From: a phage
NCBI GenBank assembly: GCA_026066175.1
Contig: GCA_026066175.1_4721.1
Direction: 5' to 3' (one strand)
DNA: 64,000 nt
The notes under the pieces: model-generated
The model's input: the letters and a program-made list of their open reading frames with translations, nothing else
Told to the model about the DNA's origin: nothing
Database searches by the model: none
Made by a program: the position numbers and the translations under genes
Shown here: piece after piece, positions 58,771-64,000 of the stretch
How positions within the stretch are numbered: the stretch's first letter is position 1
How the letters are laid out: the number at the start of each line of letters is the position of its first letter

Positions 58771-59523
58771 TTATGCCTGGCGTAGCATGGTAACGTCCCA
58801 TCGTACCAGCTTGCTTCGCTCAAGCATCCCCTGCGCATGCGCAACGCTTAAGTCCGACGGCACCACCACCGGCAACCAACGTTCGTTAAGCACCTTCGCT
58901 TCCAGCCGCTGCTTGCGTTTGTTGTAACGCACCTCGCTAACCCATGCATAACCGAAAGGATGGATAACCCGTAGGTAGTAACGTTTCAGCATGGCAAGAC
59001 GTTGCTGATAAAGCATATCGGAACCTGCGCTGACGAACAAGGCCACCCGTTCCAACCGCCTGGTGTAATACGTTCCAACGGTATGGTTGATCCAACCCGG
59101 AAGCACCAGTTCATCAGGCGTATCCGCCCATGAGGTATCGTGCACCTCACCGCTATACACCGTCCCAGTCACCTGGCCCGATGCGTCCAACAACGACCGT
59201 GGTAAATCATCCGCGGTAGGATACAACCATGCATCATCAAGTCGCTCCCCCGATGCAAGCACGCGTAACCCGCTTGCGCTTACCCGCGATGGATGCTGGC
59301 TCTTATGCGCACGCAATGACACCACAGACAGATCCGTTGGATGAGCAAGACAACACCCCCGCTGACGGAATAACCCAACCGTACCATCCACCCCTTCGAT
59401 CATGCTTCCTTCCAAACCGTCCCACCAGTAGTTTACCTGCACGCATTCTGCTTTCACTGCCTCAGGCAACAGTAAATAGTCACGTTCAATGAACACGGTA
59501 TCAAAAATGATTTTATCGCTCAT
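58771..59523 (-). CDS. paralog family B protein (250 aa), most diverged member
   Basis: VIHPFGYAWVSEVRYN, WLPVVV, LVRWDVTML align with the other three; AAGGAA SD; first gene downstream of the motif at 59608-59622. Confidence 0.55.
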   Translation of the reverse strand: MSDKIIFDTVFIERDYLLLPEAVKAECVQVNYWWDGLEGSMIEGVDGTVGLFRQRGCCLAHPTDLSVVSLRAHKSQHPSRVSASGLRVLASGERLDDAWLYPTADDLPRSLLDASGQVTGTVYSGEVHDTSWADTPDELVLPGWINHTVGTYYTRRLERVALFVSAGSDMLYQQRLAMLKRYYLRVIHPFGYAWVSEVRYNKRKQRLEAKVLNERWLPVVVPSDLSVAHAQGMLERSKLVRWDVTMLRQA

Positions 59524-59607
59524 GGATAAAGTTCCTTGTTTTCACGTTGTTTGATTAACGTACTGATTTCTATTTGACAGAAGACGAACATTGTACGCAT
59601 CTATCAC

Positions 59608-59622
59608 GTAAGTAATATAGCC
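59608..59622 (-). promoter_or_regulatory. candidate early promoter motif (GGCTATATTACTTAC on the transcribed strand)
   Basis: Plus-strand GTAAGTAATATAGCC, ~90 nt upstream of the start at 59523; 20-mer TAAGTAATATAGCCGTGAAA is identical to 44343-44362. Confidence 0.45.
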
Positions 59623-59734
59623 GTGAAAGGATTTGTATTACAGAAAGGATATTTGTTTTCTAAGAAGGGATGGTTACCAGGAAGGAGGTTATCGATAGGT
59701 GTATTTCAAGGAAGGTTTAAGAGGATAGGTATTG

Positions 59735-59905
59735 TTGTTTTGTTTATCTTAGTTTGTCTATGTATTCGTTTAATGTGTTATCTTAGTTTTAATGATCTTT
59801 TCAAAAGTGTTATCATGTTTATCTTAGGTTATATTTTAATTGCTTTAAGTTATTTGTTTTATCTATCTTGTTATCTTGTTTAAGTTGTTAATTGCTTATC
59901 TTCAA
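59735..59905. repeat. cluster of at least 8 direct repeats of TTATCTT(A/G) in an AT-rich noncoding region
   Basis: Copies read at ~59745, 59779, 59805, 59819, 59860, 59865, 59872, 59894; embedded in a ~800 nt region with no credible ORF. Confidence 0.5.
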
Positions 59906-60335
59906 AACAATGGATAACATGTGTTTACTACAACTTCAGTAACACATGTCATCTGTGCATTACACTACGTTACATGCTTATAATCAGATAACTCTAAAAA
60001 ACCATTTGTGATACTCTTCTTCACGTTGTTCATCAGAGTATCTCGTCTACACTTGCTTCGCGCGTATACGACATCACCGTTAACGCTAACGCTACGCTTA
60101 TAGCTTATAACTCTAAGGATAAAAACATAAACTCGCTTCGCTCGTTTAGTTTTTCTTTTTCTTAGAGTTATCCTGTTGCTCGTCTCTAAAGGACTTCGCT
60201 CCTCCCCCGTCCCCCGAAGGGGCCGAGGTCGTGGAAATTTTACTTTCCAAATACATTTACAACGTCTGTAAACTTTTACCGACACATACCTAATCTTATA
60301 TTTAAATATTAGAAAAAGAGAAAATACGAACATAA

Positions 60336-60367
60336 CCCTCCTCCTTCCCTGATGGGTTGGAGGAGGG
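60336..60367. terminator. GC-rich hairpin (CCCTCCTCC-TTCCCTGATGGGTT-GGAGGAGGG)
   Basis: Perfect 9-bp arms, immediately downstream of the stop of minus-strand gene 60385..61278. Confidence 0.55.
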
Positions 60368-60384
60368 GATAACAGTCTATTTAA

Positions 60385-61278
60385 TTAATCGGAAGTGTTA
60401 TAACCGAATACTGCTTTACCGTAGGTGTGAGTACCATCACTTAGTGACAATACCAATACGTGGTTATACGCATCGTTAACACCCTTGTCGGTAGAATCGG
60501 TGGTAACACCGTTGTAGACAAAGGTAGCTGATTGCAGATTGGTTTTCAGTTCATTGATGATATCATCACTTACACCAGTCTGCTCTTTAATCAGAGTAGT
60601 CAGGTTACCTGCTAAGCTTGCGTCGAGATTTACTTCGTTGCCAGTAATAGCTTGTAAACCTGAAGCGTAAGTACTGAAGTCTAACGGATAGGTTAACAGA
60701 CGTGCTGACGTTTTGGTACCATTGCCTTCATCAACGTAGGTTAAGTTACCCAGGTTGGTAACCTTGATGATGTTAGACAGATCCAGCGTTGTGTTATAAA
60801 CTTTAACTTGAACAGAACCATACCAAGCCAACGAATCTTCTTTGGCTTCCAGGGTAACGGTTTGGATACCTGACTGATCAAAGGTAACGGGATTAGATAA
60901 CGTTTCAGCTTTGATGTCTTTTGTTTTATCCAGGAACTTCTCGCCGGAAGGCGTAACCATACCGTAGCGTTGAGCTACGAGGTCGACCACGTCACCGATG
61001 GTGGTGTTTGCTTCAACACTAACGCGCACCGCGATCTTCTGGAACCATTTAGCCAGATCCAGACGATGATAGGTGACATCGCGGGTATTGAAGTACGGTG
61101 TACCATCACCCGGACTGAGTGTTAATGTTGCTGCACTATCAGAATCGCTTTTGGATTTAAGAACGTATTTGAGATCAGTGTATTTGAAACTGGCTCCCGT
61201 ATCGGCGTTAAGCTGGTTGATCTCATCAACGATAAGTTGCCACGGTGTTTTCAAAGTAAGTGATACTCGACTTGTCAT
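60385..61278 (-). CDS. hypothetical protein; distant paralog of 61420..61962
   Basis: 297 aa ORF with GAGGTAAAAA SD; segment GIQTVTLEAKEDSLAWYGSVQVKV resembles VGQVTLNAIENGLVYTGTLQVAL in the divergent neighbour. Confidence 0.6.
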   Translation of the reverse strand: MTSRVSLTLKTPWQLIVDEINQLNADTGASFKYTDLKYVLKSKSDSDSAATLTLSPGDGTPYFNTRDVTYHRLDLAKWFQKIAVRVSVEANTTIGDVVDLVAQRYGMVTPSGEKFLDKTKDIKAETLSNPVTFDQSGIQTVTLEAKEDSLAWYGSVQVKVYNTTLDLSNIIKVTNLGNLTYVDEGNGTKTSARLLTYPLDFSTYASGLQAITGNEVNLDASLAGNLTTLIKEQTGVSDDIINELKTNLQSATFVYNGVTTDSTDKGVNDAYNHVLVLSLSDGTHTYGKAVFGYNTSD

Positions 61279-61419
61279 TTTTTACCTCGATGGTTGTTAC
61301 ATCACTCTCAAAAGATGTAAATGTTTACAGAAAATAATATATTTTATATTTAATGTAAATGATATGGAGAACGACTCCGAATCTCCTTTTCGACCATCAA
61401 AATCAGAGGACACACAGTC

Positions 61420-61962
61420 ATGGCCTTAGACTTTAACAAAGCAGCGAAATCCCTTCTGCTCGATCTTATCAACACCAAAGCAACTCGCACACTGACCGAA
61501 GAAGAACTGCAGTTCGGTACTCCGGGGGCATCTTCCGAACATTCTAAGAACACCGTTATTCAGCTGGATGCTGCGGATGAAGCAGAAAACCTGCAGGGTA
61601 CTCAGCAGTTCTACTACGATCGTCTGGCTCTATCTGACGTTTTCGCTGATGTAACCGGCGATGTTACTTTCGAACTGCCGCACGGTACTGACAGCATTCA
61701 GGCTTCTGAGCTGGTAAGCAAGCTGGTCACCAAATTCGGCCTGGCTTCCCTGACCGGTGAAATCAAAGAAGAAACCTTCCAGCTGTCTGCAGGTACTGTT
61801 GGTCAGGTAACTCTGAATGCGATCGAGAACGGCCTGGTATATACCGGTACTCTGCAGGTTGCCCTGACCTATGCAGCAGCACCGAAAGACGAACTGGCAA
61901 CCGTTCTGGCGAATAACGTAGCTGAAGGTTTCGTGAAACCTGAAGTAGCTGTCGTTGGCTAA
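61420..61962 (+). CDS. hypothetical protein with strongly biased host-optimal-like codon usage (likely very highly expressed)
   Basis: 180 aa ORF with GAGGA SD; almost exclusive use of CTG, GGT, ACC, CCG, GAA, AAA, CGT codons, unlike neighbouring genes. Confidence 0.65.
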   Translation: MALDFNKAAKSLLLDLINTKATRTLTEEELQFGTPGASSEHSKNTVIQLDAADEAENLQGTQQFYYDRLALSDVFADVTGDVTFELPHGTDSIQASELVSKLVTKFGLASLTGEIKEETFQLSAGTVGQVTLNAIENGLVYTGTLQVALTYAAAPKDELATVLANNVAEGFVKPEVAVVG

Positions 61963-62161
61963 TAAGCACGTAGAGCAATAGTATGGGTTTTGTACAGCTC
62001 GGCTATTGCTCTTCTACAATTTGGTTGTAACAATCTGCGTGGTTGCACGCTTATCTTTCTCATTGAACGCTTCGTATGATGCGTGGTGTTGAAAGGGTTG
62101 TGGATCTCCTCAAGCGGCCAGGGACCCAGACCAACCTGAATAAACACAAACACATGTTAAG

Positions 62162-62195
62162 CCCCTCCTCATCCGTTATTGGGTGGGGAGGGGTC
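62162..62195. terminator. GC-rich hairpin (CCCCTCC...GGAGGGG)
   Basis: Inverted repeat ~200 nt downstream of 61420..61962 and ~60 nt from the stop of the convergent endolysin gene. Confidence 0.4.
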
Positions 62196-62256
62196 TTATA
62201 CGTCTTTATGCGTTCCGTTCGTTCTGGAGCGTTTTAGAACGGTTTACGACAGGGTT

Positions 62257-62892
62257 TTATTCAGCACTGAAACCGTTCAAACGGATAGCTTCGTAACGTT
62301 TACGTTCACGACGTTTACGCGCCTGCCAACCGTAAATGAACTTCTCGTCTTTCTCACGACGTTCAGCTAATTCGATGTAATACATGCTCTGCATATCCAG
62401 CATCGCGTCGATAAGGTAATCTTTACCTTGCTCGCCACGTTTTGCGATATAAGCGTCCAACGCACCTAAGGTTTTAGGTCCCATCCCACCATCAGCGTCA
62501 ATATCTTTCCAGTAAGTTTGACGGTTGTTCATGACGTTGAGGTAACGCTGGAGGTTCTTAACGGCAACGGATTTGCCTGCATTGATACCTAAGTCAAAGA
62601 GACGGTCAGCTAAGAACACGGAACGCTTCATGACGTCATCAAGCTTCATCTTATCCCAGAAGTGGGTTTTGTAGATGAAGAACGCCATGTCGTAGGTCAG
62701 ATTGCGCATATTACCATTCCAACCGAATTTCGTTTTCAGCGTGGTTTTGTATTGATCGGCGAGCGCTTTCGTAATTCCCATCATGGTTTCATTACCGCTG
62801 TCATCCGGGTCGTTGACATAACCTGCTTCGATATTTGTTTTATCACGAATGATGAATTCGCAGGTAAAATCTTTTTCAGTAATCTTGGTCAT
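62257..62892 (-). CDS. endolysin, GH108-type N-terminal domain with PG_binding_3-like C-terminal domain
   Basis: EAGYVNDPDDSGNETMMGITKA matches the GH108 signature EGGYVNDPxDxGGxTxxGIT; C-terminal GMGPKTLGALDAY resembles the PG_binding_3 motif; GAGGAG SD. Confidence 0.75.
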   Translation of the reverse strand: MTKITEKDFTCEFIIRDKTNIEAGYVNDPDDSGNETMMGITKALADQYKTTLKTKFGWNGNMRNLTYDMAFFIYKTHFWDKMKLDDVMKRSVFLADRLFDLGINAGKSVAVKNLQRYLNVMNNRQTYWKDIDADGGMGPKTLGALDAYIAKRGEQGKDYLIDAMLDMQSMYYIELAERREKDEKFIYGWQARKRRERKRYEAIRLNGFSAE

Positions 62893-63031
62893 TAGAACTC
62901 CTCGTTTAAAATCGTTATTTTAAAGGGATAGGAAGCCCTAGAACATAACGAACGGCTTAAGGTGAGGGTTTGCCTACCTTAAAACTTTTTTGCGTTAAAT
63001 CGTGTTCCAGAGCTTTTTAAATGATGGGACA

Positions 63032-63988
63032 TCAGGCAACCAGTTTACCGGTGCGTGCCCATTGCAACGCTTCCTCGATGGTAGCGTAACCACAACCTAA
63101 CATGAACGCGTAACTTGTTAATACGTCGTTAGGCATCCTACCATGTGAGCTAGGGTCGTACACAAGCAAATCGGATCGTTCAAAATACCGTCTTACAGCC
63201 GACGCCGTACGCTGTGGATCAAGTCTGTTGAACGTACCAACGCCTAATTGCCTCAAGAACGATTCGATTTCACTGAATCGACTATCGCTTGCGTTATTAG
63301 GACCGTAGAACGACACACGGCTACGGGTGAAGTTATACAACCGGTTGCGTCCTGTTTGTACGTTGGTTAACCAGTTCCCACTGATCATCTGCGATGCCCA
63401 ACCAGGAACAGCATTCCCTTTCGCATTCATGACGTCGGTTGCCCAGCCAGGGAAGCCTCGCTCTTGACGATAAAGCGATAGTCCGATCACCGAACAGAAC
63501 CCGTAAGAACGTGCACTGTTAAGATCGCCGCAACAACCGAATGGGAGAAGACGATCGATGTATTGTTCGACCGGTATGGGTTGTTTAAGATCCAAATTGC
63601 GGATGTAGTTAGGCACGCCATCTTTAGGTTGGTCGGAGAAGTTAATCGAGGAAATTGCGACGTTTCTTCCGATCTGGCTCCAGGGTTTGTTCCTGGGGTC
63701 GATGGAACCGGGATCCATCATGATCGGTGTTAACCACCAATAATGACGACCACTATGTTTCTGTTTGCGGCTCCAGCAGTCAAGAAGGATAGCATCGATA
63801 GTACAACCACGATACTGCTGAAGTTTGGCACGTAAGTCAACACAGAAGATTTGAATCCCGTCGTTATAATACTCACCGCCCGGTTCATTCCCATAGCCCG
63901 TGGTTAGACCCGTCCATCGTGTCTGGTTGGTGTTCGCTACCGAACTATGTTTAACCCGATCGAATTTAACCCACACCCTAGCCATCAT
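63032..63988 (-). CDS. hypothetical protein (318 aa)
   Basis: ORF with AAGGAGGG SD at the window edge; no motif recognised. Confidence 0.6.
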   Translation of the reverse strand: MMARVWVKFDRVKHSSVANTNQTRWTGLTTGYGNEPGGEYYNDGIQIFCVDLRAKLQQYRGCTIDAILLDCWSRKQKHSGRHYWWLTPIMMDPGSIDPRNKPWSQIGRNVAISSINFSDQPKDGVPNYIRNLDLKQPIPVEQYIDRLLPFGCCGDLNSARSYGFCSVIGLSLYRQERGFPGWATDVMNAKGNAVPGWASQMISGNWLTNVQTGRNRLYNFTRSRVSFYGPNNASDSRFSEIESFLRQLGVGTFNRLDPQRTASAVRRYFERSDLLVYDPSSHGRMPNDVLTSYAFMLGCGYATIEEALQWARTGKLVA

Positions 63989-64000
63989 AGCCCTCCTTGC

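Noticed and set aside
59623-59883. Track ORF (86 aa) in the AT-rich repeat region
   Set aside because: Low-complexity, repeat-driven translation (FILVCLCIRLMCYLSF...), no SD, lies within iterated TTATCTT repeats; treated as noncoding.
59957-59980. Host sigma70-like promoter (TTACAC ... TATAAT)
   Set aside because: Spacing between the -35-like and -10-like hexamers is ~11 nt rather than 16-18; the TATAAT box alone is expected by chance in AT-rich DNA.
59965-60333. Track ORF (122 aa, minus strand) in the AT-rich repeat region
   Set aside because: Lys/Arg-rich low-complexity product typical of AT-rich noncoding DNA, no SD, overlaps the repeat tracts and hairpin.
1-64000. tRNA genes, CRISPR arrays, integrase/attachment sites, phage-nucleus shell protein or tubulin (GGGTGSG) homologs
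   Set aside because: No T-loop/D-loop tRNA signatures, no regularly spaced repeat-spacer arrays (the GC hairpins are isolated and intergenic), no tyrosine/serine recombinase motifs and no tubulin GTP-binding motif in any ORF; absent from this window as far as inspection by eye allows.

Overview
This window reads as a gene-dense stretch of a phiKZ-like jumbo phage of an enterobacterial host (my inference from gene content and codon usage; no database search was possible). About 64 protein-coding genes are supported, mostly on the minus strand. Recognisable content: (i) a split multisubunit RNA polymerase cluster, with a beta-prime N-terminal subunit carrying the catalytic DFDGD motif and beta-like fragments, next to a ~2200 aa virion protein with a C-terminal GH19-type muralytic domain; (ii) an HNH homing endonuclease gene sitting between two beta-like fragments, with group I intron R/S core elements in the flanking RNA; (iii) a putative tail sheath/tube pair and a puncturing-spike-like protein; (iv) a DNA metabolism module (SbcC/Rad50-like ATPase, RuvC-like resolvase, thymidylate kinase, RNase HI fusion protein); (v) a GH108 + PG_binding_3 endolysin; (vi) a family of long GC-rich hairpin terminators built on CCTCC/GGAGG arms; (vii) five copies of a GTAATATAG(C/T)C motif (TATATTAC on the transcribed strand, the phiKZ early-promoter consensus as I recall it) upstream of minus-strand operons. 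The best candidate for an undescribed system is the operon at 52971-59523: four tandem ~250-300 aa paralogs of an unrecognised family, three smaller paralogs of a second family, other small ORFs and perfect intergenic palindromes, downstream of a repeat-rich AT-rich region. No tRNA, rRNA, CRISPR array or integrase was found by eye. All product calls rest on motif recognition by eye and carry that uncertainty.
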